DNA from: Iphione sp. A-MEVVRFRX5
Lineage: Eukaryota
Length of the DNA stretch: 64,000 nt
Assembly (NCBI GenBank): GCA_976226885.1
Contig: OZ320314.1
Location: forward strand, 74,896,001-74,960,000
Direction of reading: 5' to 3'
The position numbers and the translations under genes are program-made. The notes beneath the pieces were generated by a model, which made no database searches, was not told the DNA's origin, and saw nothing but the letters and a program-made list of their open reading frames with translations. Shown here one piece after another: positions 24,351-38,075 of this stretch; the stretch's first letter is position 1; every line of letters begins with the position of its first letter.

Positions 24351-25049
24351 GTAAGGGAGGATTCCCTACAATAATGTCATCACTGAGCAACACCTGTTTC
24401 ATGGAGGGCTTCCTATAATTACATCATTTCTAGGAATCCCATCACTTGGTACATGCACATGTACTAGGAAAAATGGGACCACTTCTGCCAGCTGTTTTAA
24501 AGGTATAGTGTAATTACATGATATATGCCTTTCTATATAAGGACGTACATACTAAAACAAAATTGTTCATATCTTTTACTTATGTATGCAAGAGACACAT
24601 AACATTCTTGACAAGTACATGTCAATTATTTCAACATATGTATATGCTTTTCAGTAAAGGATTCAGCGTATATTTCTGGCTCATTTTTTTCTCTGCAGAA
24701 GTTGCTATATTGAACCTGAACGTGCTTGTATGTCTCCCTAGAGGCTTCCGGAGTTAACAATAAGATAACCACCATTCTTGTCTCAAATTTGAATGACCTG
24801 TTTCCAGGAATAATATATTCTTTTATACGTATTTTTATTGACCAATTACTTTTTTTTATTGACAACCATCTCAGCCAATCAGCCCTCATTTAACTCATTT
24901 AAGAATTGTGTTAAATGTTGAATCGGTTCGATTATGTTGCATTATTCAACATACATCTCATTTCATTGATATAAGGAAATTTACCTGGACAAAATTCTAT
25001 TTAATATGTATACAGCTCTAGAAAAAACATACCTTTCAAAAACCTCAAA

Positions 25050-27570
25050 ACCAGTGTACCTGACGGGGCACTGTACGTCAGCTCCACTCCCAATGAAGGA
25101 GCATCCGGTTCGGAGACAGTTGAGTGCTCTGATGGGCTAGTGGCTCAGTATGCTGCCGTGATGAAAGGTAGCTGCTCATCCCAATCTGACTGGTCCTCTT
25201 CAACCACTGCAGGCTACTTGAAGCTGCAGAGCCACCTGAGCAACCTGTGGTCCATCAGAATGGTCACTTGTTGCCCTTCTAAGTATGGCCAGAACTTCCA
25301 AAGGCCCAAAGCCGCTGCTAGTAGCTCTTTGCATGTAATGCAGTAGTTACACTCATCTCTGCTGAGGGTTGTCTAGTGTAGGCGAGTACCCTCTCCTTCC
25401 CATCCTGGTTGTGTGACAGCACTGCTCCCAACCTGCCGGCACAGGCATCATTGTGCAGATGCAGTTGCCATTTGGACGTTGGATAGCCCAAGATGGGAGC
25501 AGATGCCATTCTCTTCTTCACCTTCTGGAATGCTATCTCATAAGCCTCAGTCCACTAGTACTCAACTTCTTTCTGCAGCAGCTCATGAAGTGGTGACACC
25601 AGGGCTGCAAATCCCAGAATGAACTTCTGTAGTAGGAACAGATCCCGATGAAGTTGTGCAGTTCTGTCAGGCACCCATGCTGAGGCCATTGCTGCAATTT
25701 TAGCTGGGTCTTGGCCGACCCCCTTTGTGGAGAGCTTGGGACCCAGGTATGCCACTTCCCTCTGAAACAACTGGCACTTACTGGGCTTGACCTTGAGGCT
25801 TCCATCTGCCAGTCGGCTAAAGACTTCCTCCAGTCATGCAGCCATCTCCCTGATGTCTCTTCTGATGATGATCATGTCATTGAGGTAGCAGGTCTGCCCC
25901 ACCAAACCATGTAACACTGCCTCTATCAGCCACTCAAACATTGAAGGTGCATTACAGAGGCCAAAGGGCATCACCGTAAACTGGTACAGTCCTGAAGCCA
26001 TGCACACGGCATTATTCTCCTTGTCCTCCAGCTTGAGCCCCACCTGCCAGTAACCCGCCACTAGGTCCAAGGCTGAAAAATAGGGCACCAGTGTGTCATC
26101 AATTCTGAGGAGGGGAAGGCATCTTTCTTTGTTGAGGCCTTGGTAGTCTATGCAGAATCCCCCCATTCCCATCTTTCCTCTTGACTAACATTACCAGGGA
26201 CACTCAGGGGCTGGTGGAGGGATCCAGCACTCCTTTTTCAAGCATCTTGTCCACTTTCTTGCAGACAATCTCCCTCTTTTGGGGCAGAACTTTATGGGCC
26301 CAATTCCAAATCAGGGCCTGCCCTTGAGTATCGATGGCATGTGTGACCACTTCAATGTGGCCGAATGGCTCTCCATCCAGCTGGAACACTTTGGCCCTCC
26401 ACTTTAGCATCTTTGCTACTTCACCCCACTCTTCCGCAGTCAGCTCATTTGGTAGCCCCAGCATCAACTGTTTCACTGCCTCGAGTGCCAGACCAGAAGG
26501 GGTGTCAGGCAGCAGCTTATTGCCCTCTCATATCATAGAAGCTCTGCCCACAACAGTCCCTCAGAACATGGCTTGTGAAGCTGTGCCTAGGTTGAACAGT
26601 CTCACCACACATCAGCCTGAATCTGCAGCCCACAACACTCTGGCAATGCAGACCTCAGTCCAACTCTCAAAACCATCTGCACCGTCCACCAGGATTACAC
26701 CAGTGGACTCCACACCCTGAGGCCACTCTGCATCTAATTCCATTGTGCTACCTACCTCAACCCTGGCATCCATTGCTAACCACACCCTCCAAGAAAATGG
26801 CTGGATGTTCCATGGTAGCCAGATCCTAAGTGTTGGGGCCTTCATGTACTGTCAATGTAGCAGCTGAGACGTCCACGTCTAATTCTCTATGGCCACCCAC
26901 CTGCAAGAAGTTCTCATCAGTGCATAGTACTTGAGCATGAATGTCCTGGAGATCTCCTAGGTCAATGCCCCTGGCTACCTTCTGTCTGAACAAGGTGAGT
27001 GAGGCTCCAGTGTCCTGTTCTTCAAGGCTATGAGGCTCCTGGAGCATGGTGCCATACTTTTCCACACCCCGTGGTTCGCAAGGGGTGCACCCCAAACCAT
27101 GCAGTTCTGTGCCCTCAGGCTGCTGTTCTATGTGGGAGTGCTCAGTGTTTCTGTACTGGTGGAGAAGTAAATCCCACTGCGGCCACCAATGTTTCAACCA
27201 GATCTCAACATGACTAATATTCACAAATAAGCTTAGATTTCAGATGTTTATTGTAAGAAGTCCATACCTCAACTGACCCCAAACTCCACATAGAAGGTCT
27301 ATTTATACAAAAAGTGTGAAGCGGAGCCCAAACTAATGGAACAGCTCATGCTGAGCAAATCATACTGTTCTACCCTTGCAGTTCATGTATACATACAGCC
27401 AGTGCAGAGCACTGTTCTGCTACAGTATCTTACACATGTTTTCTACACTAAGGTCAGGTTTCGTCCAGTTTACATATATACAAACGTGTGTGCCAGACCA
27501 TTTTTGACCAAAACCCTAGTAGGTGGTAACAGTGCCATATAGGTCATTATGTTTTTACTTGAACAGACAC
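25050..27570 (-). mobile_element. Degenerate Gypsy LTR retrotransposon (5' LTR, PBS, gag, RT, RNase H, deleted integrase)
   Basis: RT FCIDYQGLN, YFSALDLVAGYWQV, GLYQFTVMPFGLCNAP, YLND (25876-25887); RNase H LHNDAC..LGAVLSH..DGKERVLAY; joined almost directly to integrase-end EDQSDWDEQLPFITAAY; PBS-like TGGTGGCCGCAGTGGG after ...AACA at 27190; minus-strand TATAAAT and AATAAA in 27240-27310. The outer LTR edge is approximate. Confidence 0.9.
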
Positions 27571-27664
27571 ATTTTTATTGCTACCATCTCCCTTTCATCC
27601 TACACATAAGTCTTCTCTATCTATGACAACTTTTGTCATGTTGTCATGCAATATTTCTCCACAA

Positions 27665-27975
27665 CTGCAAGTGAGCTGTCTTGCTTACAACTACAATGAG
27701 GATAAACGTGTGCAAATGGCACATTTCTCCTTCGAGTCACCTGTCTCACCTACAACTACAATAGGGGTCAACTTGTGCATCTGTCACCTTCAACCTTAAG
27801 TATGTACAAGGTGTTTTGCCTACAACTAAAATGGATGTCAGATTGTGTAGCTGTCACCTTCAACCCTAAGTACATACAAGGTGTCTCGCCTACAAGTACA
27901 ATGGATGCCAGCTTGTGCAACTGTCACCTTTAACCCTAAGTGCATCCAAGGTGTCTTGCTTAAAACTATCAGCTT
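27665..27975. repeat. 70-bp tandem repeat, three clear and about two degenerate units
   Basis: CTGTCACCTT(C/T)AACC.TAAGT... recurs at 27781, 27851 and 27921. Confidence 0.85.
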
Positions 27976-28439
27976 CAAACTGAAATTTATTCATTAAATT
28001 GTCAGTTGCTCTATCCAAATCTTAAATTGTATTCATTACTCCAATTATCTAATGCACTAGTCCTTTGATATATTTATAGCTATTCATATCACAATCTTAC
28101 TTGGTAACTCATCATATTACCCATATAATTATATTTTCAATTTTACCTATTTTACATTCTAGAACACCTACAATTTCAGTAATAAACATCTGAACATATC
28201 AATTCTAACATCACTTCTGGGCATGTAAGGAGAGCTTATACTAGGTTTCACCTCATATCCAAACTGTAACACCACTAAATGTCAAGGACAACTATAAAAA
28301 AGACAAAATGTCCTTACAGAAGATAGAACAGCTAAAATAAAGGTAACATGAATAGGAAAGTGGAATGCCTTAACAATGAACAAAAGGTGGAATGACTTAA
28401 CAATGAATATAAGGAGATATTGGTCCCTACTTACCTGTT

Positions 28440-28640
28440 GTCCACAAATGTAGTGGTTGATGGCTTATGCTTGTGGGCTTTTTTTAATGGTTTTGCAAAT
28501 GAAACCCCAGTAGCACATTTAGACATGATCTTCTTGCCCCAGGGTTTGTCCCACACCTGTGGCAAAGAGTTGCATGATAGAGGCCCCAGGACACATGAGA
28601 ACCCCTGCCCTCACCACTCTGCCAGTACAAGCACTGTGGC
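28440..28640 (-). pseudogene. Possible Gypsy gag zinc-knuckle relic
   Basis: CHRCGTNP followed by frameshifted KCATG.SFAK, resembling a C..CG..H...C...C..C...GHFAK gag tail. Confidence 0.35.
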
Positions 28641-31600
28641 AAGAGTGTTGGCACAGGTTCCTCCAATCCTGAAATGAAACAAGGACAGCAAGTGACAAAG
28701 TAAAACACAGGCATGTTGACAGGACAGGAGGAACACACTGTGACATTTAGTGAGGCTTCTACAGCTACAGGTGAGCATGACAGTATGTGGTAGCGGTGAC
28801 AAGTAAATAAAACATTCTAGAAACCACAGCCAATCTAGCCGCAGCTAGTATTTTACAGAAACACTGACTGTGACTTTGACACACTGTGGACAGACCAAGG
28901 AAATAGTAAGCATGACAACATGTAGTGGTAGTGACAGTACAAGTTATGTTCACCAAATGTAAATGTGACAAAATGCGAATGTGACAGGTAAATGAAACAT
29001 TATATATGCAACAGACAACATTTACAGATATCAAAGAAAGAATACAAGACAGTGACACTTACCCAGCCATGCAGAAACAATGGCAGGACATGACGTTTTC
29101 ATCACCAATGTCCACATGTACCTCGTGGGGCTTCTCTGGCATCACTGGTTGTGGTAGCAGTGTGCAAGAATCCAGGTTCCAGAAACATCGGAAACAGATC
29201 ATGTTTGAAACTGCCTGTGACAAAACATCTCACGTTCAATTGCTGATGCCAAGATGGCTTATGAGGCATCCAACTTTCATCAAGATGCTCAGGAAGATTG
29301 ATTATGGGAGCACTGTTAAGTGTACAGGATTCCATGTTGAATGGGTTTGATTTTCTATGCCAGACACACATGGTTGTAACGTTTTGTGGTGGGCAGTTAT
29401 CTCCCCAAAAGCAAACAGGTCAGTTGGGCCATTTTGTAAAGGTTGTAATGATGCCCTGTGGCTAGTTCAAAGCTTGACCTCAGTGCAACTCCACAAAACT
29501 CTCTCATTTGGTGTTCCTGCCCTATGAAAACAGTTTAGTATACTGCTCTTGTTCACATAGTTAAGAAGTTAATGGCCATGGAATTTAATGTGCCCTACGG
29601 TTACATTTTATCATGGAGTAATACGAATTAGGTCTCCATTGCACATGTAGTGGCTCTATGGAGCATGATGAAATTGAATTGTTCCTATTTTACTCTTGAT
29701 ATAGATTAAGAAAATTTAATTATCTACCTTCTAACATTTCTGACCTTTAATTGCTCAAAATGCTCAGCTTGCTATTCCACCATCCTGGGTGTTAAGGGGG
29801 AGAGGATTGTCACGTTGGTGAAACATCTTTTCAGGTCTCACTACTGTTTCATTGGATTTCCCCATAAAGACGTAGTCGAAACAAAGCTCTACCCCTTTGT
29901 GCAACACTTATTTCTTCATAGATCAGAACCTGTGGTCTAGGCTGGTGCACATTGATGCCAACTGTGGAATGTAACTCACGTTTTCTCCTGACACAGAACC
30001 CGAAAGATGCTTGGGAGTTTAAGAGGAGACAAAAGAAAACGAAAAGAACCTTTGGAGTGGTAGGAAAATTCCCCACGGAAAAAAACTTTATAAATGAGAA
30101 GGTTTATGGACAAAACCCTTCGAGCTATATTGTGTGTTTACAACTTGTTCCCATGAACAAATGGGTCCTGCAAATAGTTTCACCAATCTAAGAATTAAGA
30201 ATTTCAGTTCAACTCTGTAACAGGAAACTGTAGTCACGGACTAGGGGAAAGACTGGAATGTTTTATACGAGTTTTCCTAACTTCTTTTAGGTAAAGCGTC
30301 AGACAATTTAAGTGAAAGGGTTCTCTGATATGCATAAATAATAATGTACTTCTTGGTGCAGTAGAAATACTTTCGTATCACCTCACACGCCAGTGTGTCT
30401 TTAAAAATCAATCAATTGTTTTAGAGTCCTACTAGACCACCATGTTGAAGAATGGGTCATTAAACAAGGCGTTGTAGATAAGATACATTTCCTCATTTAA
30501 GCAGTTTTTAAAATTGTTTTGTTAACAGAGCGAATCTGTGCATGACAAGATAATGTTTCGTCCGTCACATCCTGCTTGTATCATCTTTGCTCGGAAAGAG
30601 TGGATAATGATGGTCAAGTTTCGAACGGAGCAACGCTTCAGACACGCAATGTTGTTAGCTGTGAAGGCACAGAACGAAAATAGGCAAGTGGTAGTGAGAA
30701 ACTCTCGGAATAAAAAGCATAGAATTCACTTTTATGGAAATGGAGATTTGAACAGGACAATATGCAGGACAAAGAAGGGTGGAGATCCTGAGAGATGGCA
30801 GCCAATGGAGAAAGCTGAACAACGAGAACATGGTGTGTGCATGGACAACAAGTTGACTGTGCAATAAAACATGTACAAAAACTCGCTCTCTACATATAGG
30901 CCTATACAAATAGAGCTTTCACCACTTAGCATCTAAGGTGCACTTATTATTTTAGATAAACGAAATGTCGCTGTAATATGGATCGAAAGCGCTTGTACAC
31001 TTCAATCCTTACACATTAACTAACTTACACATTCAAATGATTGTGCAGGATTTGTAGTATGATTGTAAATTGTTTTAACATTCGAAACGTCAGAACAAAT
31101 TCAGTACTGCTGTGTACAGTTAATTCTTTGCAAAGCAGAGAGGACTGGAATAAAGAGATGGATGAATTAAATGTGCTTGCTCAAGAAAGACTAAGCCTGA
31201 CAAATACAATGAATGACAAACTTCCTTATTCAACGTAAGCCGTTCATTTGTTTTCATTGCATGCCGAAGCGGCATTTTCTCTCGAAGCAATTTGTCATGT
31301 CTCTCTAATTCAGTAGATACAGCATTGTTTTGCACGACAAATAATGTTAAGGTTGTCTATAGATTTGAGAGTATTTTATCCTAATCATCCAATTAAACAT
31401 AAAATATAAGAAGAAAAATATCCATATATATGGCATGGGCTAATTTTACTTGACTTCCGCAGCTCATTACGGTCCTCGGCAACTACATGTGCACAGTTTC
31501 CCTTTGCGATCGCTTCCGGTGGGAGGAACCAACCGATCAGCAGCTTTTCTCCACAATCAGTCATCGGTCCGTATTGAGAAGATTGATGCAGAGGTGAACG

Positions 31601-32739
31601 AGTCGCTTCAGTGTTAGATGTGAGTGTTAATTTCTGGACCAGTATAAAGGAGGCCCACCATACGGCCTGCCCACGCCGCCTCCCTTTTATCCCACTGTCT
31701 CAGGGGGTGAGCGCCAAGCGGGAATACAGTTTTAACATTTAATGTCTTCCCTAGGGAAATTTGCCATTGTGTCAGCAGCACGGGACTGTGAGTGGCGTCA
31801 GTAGAATCGGCAGAGTGTCACCATGGATGAAAGGCGGCTTCGTGCAGTTTCTTACAAGTGACAACCAATCACTTTTTACCGAACCCCAATGCAAAAAAAG
31901 ATATTCTTGTTAACTACCACCACAAGAGTATCATAGAATCTGATAGTGTGTATTAATAGTATAATGCTCCTGACGTCAGATTCGAGTTTCCTTACTCTTA
32001 TTACCTTATTGATAGTACCCTATGATAAATGTAGAAACCAATAAATGGTCTAAACAATAGGTCAAGAGTCGCCCGCTGGGCGTTGTCCGACCACTTGACT
32101 AGGACACGCGTACTTATCAAGGTCAATGTGAATAAGTTTGAGTTATGTCAAGCAGCTAGACCTCGTGAAAGCACGAAAGCATGATTTATACACCGCCAGC
32201 TATGATCAACTAATTAAAGGATAAACATCAACATCAAAAGACAGAATCCTAAATGCTTGTTACTGCGGTTGTTGTTGGGGAATTTTATGAAAGGTCTCTT
32301 TCCTAATGTAGTTGTCTCCTTCCCGTTCGAAGGTGTATCGAAACAAGTGCCAAGATGACATGAAACTGGAAGAAGAGCGTTGATGAATGAGGATAAGTAG
32401 TGCAGTTACATTTTAGACCATCATTTTGTGCTACATAGCAGGAAACGGAAGGGCGAGACTAGGTCCTGCCTCGTCCAATGCGTTAAATAGGCTCACTGTG
32501 TTGAGCAAATGTTGACCGATTGTTATTGCCTCTCAAATCTGAGATTAGGCCCTCAGACGCCGCTTCAGGTTCTTCGGGCAATGGCCCACAAGCCGTTAGT
32601 AGGTGCTTAGAGGAAAATGGATCTAATGTTAGCAGCAGTTCGAACAACTGATAAGGTACTGTAGGCAAAAACTGGCCAAAGCAGCAATTCCTAACGGAAC
32701 CACAGCAAGCAAGGCATAGATTTAACTGCTTGTTCTCAT

Positions 32740-33622
32740 ACCAGTAAACATGACTGTAATGGACCTATATTGGACCTGTACAGTTTACTATGATGGTCCA
32801 TTAGAGGATATCAGTACTGGGCCAGTACCAATTTGCACATTGACTGCCCAATGGTCTGGTACTGGCAATCCTGTACATGCACAGTACAGGTGTGGTATTG
32901 GCCCTGTATTTGAATATATACCCCCAGGAACAGTACAGTTGCAGTGCCACTGGCCCAGTAATGGCAATTTATTAAGGTTTACCTATGGTGCCAGGATCCT
33001 ATTGATAAAATAAAACTAATCTTACAATCCCTAATAAGTGATAGATACATACCAAGTAGACCATTTTACCCTGCTGTTGCAGTATATCAAGTACATGCTC
33101 TACAAGGTGTCGATCTCACTTAAAACATGGCCCAAGTACAAAACAGGGAAGACAGCAGTCACTGAACAGAAAACAGACAGTCTTACAGAGGGTCCAGCAC
33201 TTGTACTGGACCATTATCTTAAACTGTATTATCTTAAACTATACTGGTCCAGTACAGGTCCATTACCGTCATCTTTAGTGGCAGAGTATTTTACAACCAT
33301 TCTTCAAATATATTCAAATTAACAATGCACTAGCAAATGTCTTAGTGAATCACTGGTTACTCATGTCCAATATCATACAGATTTGTTAAGAAAAAAAGAC
33401 TATATTTACCTGTAAAATGCCAATTCTGTCGTTCTGTGTGGAGAGGCATACTACTTGACAACAATGCCAATACCAGACCAATACTGGGCCATTACATTTA
33501 GATCATATAAAACACACAAGGTATTGGCTACTACTGGCTGGGTAATGGCTTTTATTTGCCATTTCTACCAGTACCTAACTGTACAAAATTGGTACTGGAC
33601 CAATACAGGTATGTTTACTGGG
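32740..33622. mobile_element. EnSpm/CACTA-like non-autonomous element
   Basis: AT|ACCAGTAAACAT ... ATGTTTACTGGG|AT; many GTACTGG/CCAGTAC motifs in both orientations. Confidence 0.72.
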
Positions 33623-34184
33623 ATGCCATTCAGGAAATCATTCCATGCATAGCCGCTTGTAGATTGTTTATAAGCTATAGTTTTAAAGATCATCCCTGTG
33701 TACTGGACAACATTTTGCAAATCTCTATTAAGTTGCTAAGAAAATCTGTAATTGAAGCATTTACGATATCAAGAGACTAAATGACGCTTTCCGCCGCCGT
33801 TGTTAATGGAAGAATGCAATTGTAAATAGATAAGAGACTCGGGCTAAAGGAATGACGAAGCTAAAGGAAATTCAATGTATTCTACAGATCTATTTACCGT
33901 GATGATTGCTTCTTATTTCTAATATTGTAGATTTAGTTGCTCCATACACAAACAGGCAGAGAACAGTTCACTATTTGAATTATTTACAGTTATCCTGAAT
34001 GTATGTAGGTTGATGAAAAAAGATTCTTTACATCTTTACTGCATTTTACCATTTATGATCACCCTTTTTTTTATAAAACGTCATTTCGTACAAGTGTTCT
34101 CTGGAGCAGTGTTTCCATGTTGGGCCTTGTGATCCATCTTAATTTTAGTTGCACATCCATTGTCAGTAAAATAATCAGACATAC

Positions 34185-34211
34185 CTTCTTCACACGATGA
34201 AGAGAGAATTC
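34185..34211 (-). CDS. Candidate 27-nt micro-exon (EFSLHRVKK)
   Basis: Long polypyrimidine acceptor ...CTCGCTGCTGTGTTTTCCAG| and donor AAG|GTATGT; phase 0-0. Confidence 0.5.
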
Positions 34212-35902
34212 CTGGAAAACACAGCAGCGAGAAAATCCACAGAAACAGAACGGAAAATGGAGGGATGCGTCAATGGAAAACACATTCCACTTCATTGGTT
34301 TGACCTTTCTCATAGGTTGGATGGGGAAAAAGCTAGTAGGAATTAATAGCTACAGCTCCAGGGGGAAGGAATTGCATTTTTGACCCATGGAGTTTGAAAA
34401 GTGACCCTAATTGCTTGACTTGTAAAAGCAAGACAAATGCAACTAAGATGCAGTAGAATCGCAACCATAAACACCTAATTGCATAGACCTGATCATTGAA
34501 GGACCAAAATTAAGATGCCCTAATAAATATCTTCAAAATTCCAATTTCCTCCTGTCGTAACATCATGGTTTTTATGGTTTCATCTCTCTCATGACTCCTA
34601 ACTGTTCCTAAATCTTGATATTTGATGTATATATAGACATGATTTGCTATATTAGAACATATAATAACTTTACTGTTCGTATGGCCACTTCTGTGTGTAT
34701 TTGTTAACTACCGTTGTTTTTGCTTCAATGCTTGTTAAACTTTTCCAGCCCCGGTCGAGTCGAGAACTTGTTTTGCCATTTGATTTATCCTCTTGTACAT
34801 GGCTTATATATGTGTGCATGCTCTAACTGACTGCTCTATGGAGACCTGGTAAGGTCCTTATAGCCTTTGTGCTATGGTGTATTGCATTCTTACGTTGTCC
34901 TTTTGTCCTTATTGCTGATTTATGGGATGGTATGATGTAATGTTCCTTGAATTATTTGAACTGATCACATGAACATGTTTTTTTCACATTTATTCATGAA
35001 TTATTCAATAATTAATTCATTTCTTTAAATCATGGAAAATTCATACTGAACATTTGTTTTCATTTATCGCCATTAGCTAAGTGCTTTCGTCAGGAAGTAC
35101 AGTTATGATGTCCAGCCACAACTAGTTGGTCAGCTGTTTCTTTGCTGGGGATTTCTGGATCGAAATCACCTAGGCCCAAGTCAAACGTTATTGTTATCTG
35201 GGGCCCTGTGAATGGGGTGTGTTGGCCATCTGTGCATAGGATGATCAATAATATACATTGTGCATGCCTGTATTTAGTTGTGGAGGTTGAAGCGCATCGA
35301 ACATCCTCTCCTCTAGACTCTTGGAGGGTGGTTTATATGCTGAGATCGTAAATTACTTATGGTCATTTCTAGATGTGATGGTTTGAATAATTTGCAATCA
35401 TATTACAGGACAAACCTTTCGCTACTTATTTATTACCCCACTGACCCATCCTCAGATTTTATGATATCTGCACATCTACTGTTCTTGCCTAGACCATCTG
35501 CTATTAACTCCTTTCGTCTCACATCAAGTGCATCACAAGTGTATGTCACTTTTTTTTCAAAAGCCACGTCTCTTTTTCCCAATACATCTCACATGCACCA
35601 TTGCAGACTGGCTGCAATGTTGGTGAGGGAACCTGCAAAATATAGTTTCCGCATTGACCATTTACAATTTTCTGTTTTCCCCATCTTAAGCCCTATTAAA
35701 CATTAGAAATATACTTACTAGGTGGGCATGGATTGCCATCCTTTTGGTTACCGCTGCCATGTGAAGTTTGCCGGCCAGAAAATCTGAATGATTTGATAAA
35801 GGCATTTGCCAAACTGTGCCACTTTAATCAATCGCTGTAGAATTTGACGTTTTGATTTGTCTTCTTATCTCGAGGCATCGCAAAGAACGATGTACCTTGT
35901 AC

Positions 35903-35963
35903 CTGAACTTCTTCTTGCATATTTTTTCTTGGTTTATCATTCTCCATATCCATTATAACTTGC
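35903..35963 (-). CDS. Candidate exon containing a possible start (MDMENDKPRKNMQEEVQ)
   Basis: Acceptor CGCTTTCTCAACTGCAG|, ATG at 35953, donor CAG|GTACAA in phase 0, compatible with the micro-exon at 34185-34211. Confidence 0.4.
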
Positions 35964-37287
35964 CTGCAGTTGAGAAAGCGTAGCTTGATTAGGGAGCCAT
36001 TGTCAGACATATTGGATCAACGTTCGTTGAATGACACCATCACTTTGTAAGATGATCTCTTTTATAATGCCAAACAGTATTGTTATCAAAAACATTTTGC
36101 TAGCTTGGTTTTGACACCTTCTTAAGTTTTTATGTCTCATGCGAAGAACCAGTTCATGTGCTACTATCTAAACTGTTTCAAAGCCTTGAAAACAGCCATT
36201 TAAAGCCACTGCCACAAGGCAACTGCTTTCCACCATATTTAATTTACAATTTTTTATATTTTTCATAATGTAGTTTTGTCCAAAAGACAATTTCCTCAAC
36301 CACCAATTCTTCTAGATTATGGATCTCAAACCTACTTCAAAGGATTTCTGGTGTATCAGCTCGGAGGCCCTAACCCACGACAACCCAATACATCATACAG
36401 TTGCCAGATGCCAGATAAGATCCCAACAATCTCATAGTTTATTTCATGCAAGGTTCCTAATTCAAACTTTAGGTCTAAAAAGAAATTTTTGTTTCCGATA
36501 ACATGCCGAAAAATATATGATTGGTATATAGGTTTTTCTTTGTCTTTTTCTTTATTTTGAATGGATCCTGTAAACAACAAATGTGTATGGTAATAACACT
36601 TCTACTGCTTAAAAATAAACCATTTCGTTGGCACAAAAATCAGGGTCACTCGGGTTACTGGTAAAAACATAATCTTTCTGAACTTCGCCAATTTTTGTAT
36701 ACACTCAGCCATCAACATAACTACATGCATTCCAGCAGCAGATCCTCTACAGTAACGTTTTCTAGTAATTGCTAAATTGTTTTATGCTACAGAATTGATC
36801 CACTGCCACAGCGTCAATTTTTAGGCAATAATTGTAGTCATTAAACCAGCTTTGGCTGTAGGGAAATATTTCCATAGAATCCCTCCTTTTGGAATTTTGT
36901 TACAGTTATGTGGACCATAACTGTTCAACCCTTGCGTACCTATTTTCTCCAGAACTAATGAGGTTTCGATATATTGTTTATCTACTCCTCCTCTATATGC
37001 ACACCAAATTTCAAACTGGTTGAAGCTCTAATGACAAAAGCAAGCGTTTTATGCTATCCCAACAATTGTCACGTTTACATTTAAACAATACGTTTAGATA
37101 TTTTGCAATTTGTGTGATGCTGCAAAAAAATTTTTTTTTCATTTACTGAACAGCTGAGCGCAAAATAACAAAATGACAACAGGTGTAAATTATTGTGACA
37201 GACGCCTCATTGTGTACTATGATTTAATATTTTTCTGTTTGCCCGGAATGTTTATCATCAGTTCTGATATTGATCAATCTAACTCAC

Positions 37288-37312
37288 CCTTCTTGCTATT
37301 GTATGTTCATGG
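37288..37312 (-). other. Candidate 25-nt exon, probably 5' UTR
   Basis: Acceptor GTTATTTACAG| and donor AAGG|GTGAGT. Confidence 0.35.
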
Positions 37313-37924
37313 CTGTAAATAACTACATAGAATAACGTATTCAATTACGGATGTACATTAAGGATAATGCAATTTTTTAAAGTACATGTACTTCATTTAC
37401 TACTCTGCAATACGGCTATTCAGTCCTGTTCATCAGTTAACACACGCACTCAGCATAAATGCATGAAAACGCCATAATTGGTCCTTCAAAGACTTGTATC
37501 GAAGCACGTACAGTAGATCGAATTAATCTCGACACCGGTAGCAACAGGAGGGTTAGGGGTCGGCGAAATCTCGCACAAAGTGCAGGTAGTTGTTCTCCAT
37601 ACGCTAGAGACCTATCTTATACGTTTATACGAATGGGATTTGATATGAGTCACTCAAATCTGTTTTTCCCTCCAGGTAGGATAATGCACTCTGTCCCCAA
37701 CTTTAAAACCAGATATAATAAATAATGAAAACCAGCGCTAACACTGCAATTCGACAGGGTAGTTCCTGGCCCGAGATCAGGCGAGGTGTCCTCACTTCTT
37801 TGATGTCAGTTGTTTTGATTTAATGGTTATTTTATAGATTCCTGCTTTAAGCAAACGATCTGGTCGTGAAGAGAAAACAGTTTGTTAGAAAAGAGAAAAG
37901 TGTGATTACAAATTATTGTACTGT

Positions 37925-38075
37925 AATATGCTTCATCACTACAATGGAAACATGGACCCTCCCATCAGTCTACTCTTCTCTTCCTCAGCGACCTCCCTGC
38001 TAGCTTGATTCTCCCAGTGTACAGTATTTCTATCTATATCATACAGATCCACCAATATCACTTCCATTCAAGGAC
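37925..38075. repeat. Dispersed repeat, copy 1 (others near 44945-45130 and, more diverged, 54605-54790)
   Basis: GGAAACATGGACCCTCCCATCAGTCTACTCTTCTCTTCCTCAG...TATCATACAGATCCACC is nearly identical at 44.97 kb; class unknown. Confidence 0.85.

Noticed and set aside
23971-24402. 143-aa and 100-aa ORFs
   Set aside because: Translations of a CT/GA low-complexity tract.
28430-28440. Strong minus-strand donor CAG|GTAAGT
   Set aside because: It lies at the edge of a gag-like relic with no matching acceptor; probably incidental.
29810-29900. GAC-GTA-GTC-GAAAC hairpin resembling hammerhead stem II
   Set aside because: The upstream CUGANGA box is absent (CCCATAAA) and stems I and III cannot be formed.
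30538-30867. 109-aa plus-strand ORF
   Set aside because: No recognisable motif or splice support; the length is compatible with chance.
31600-31760. Terminal repeat of a DIRS/Ngaro element (TATAAAG plus C-rich tract)
   Set aside because: No matching copy at the ends of either YR element in this window.
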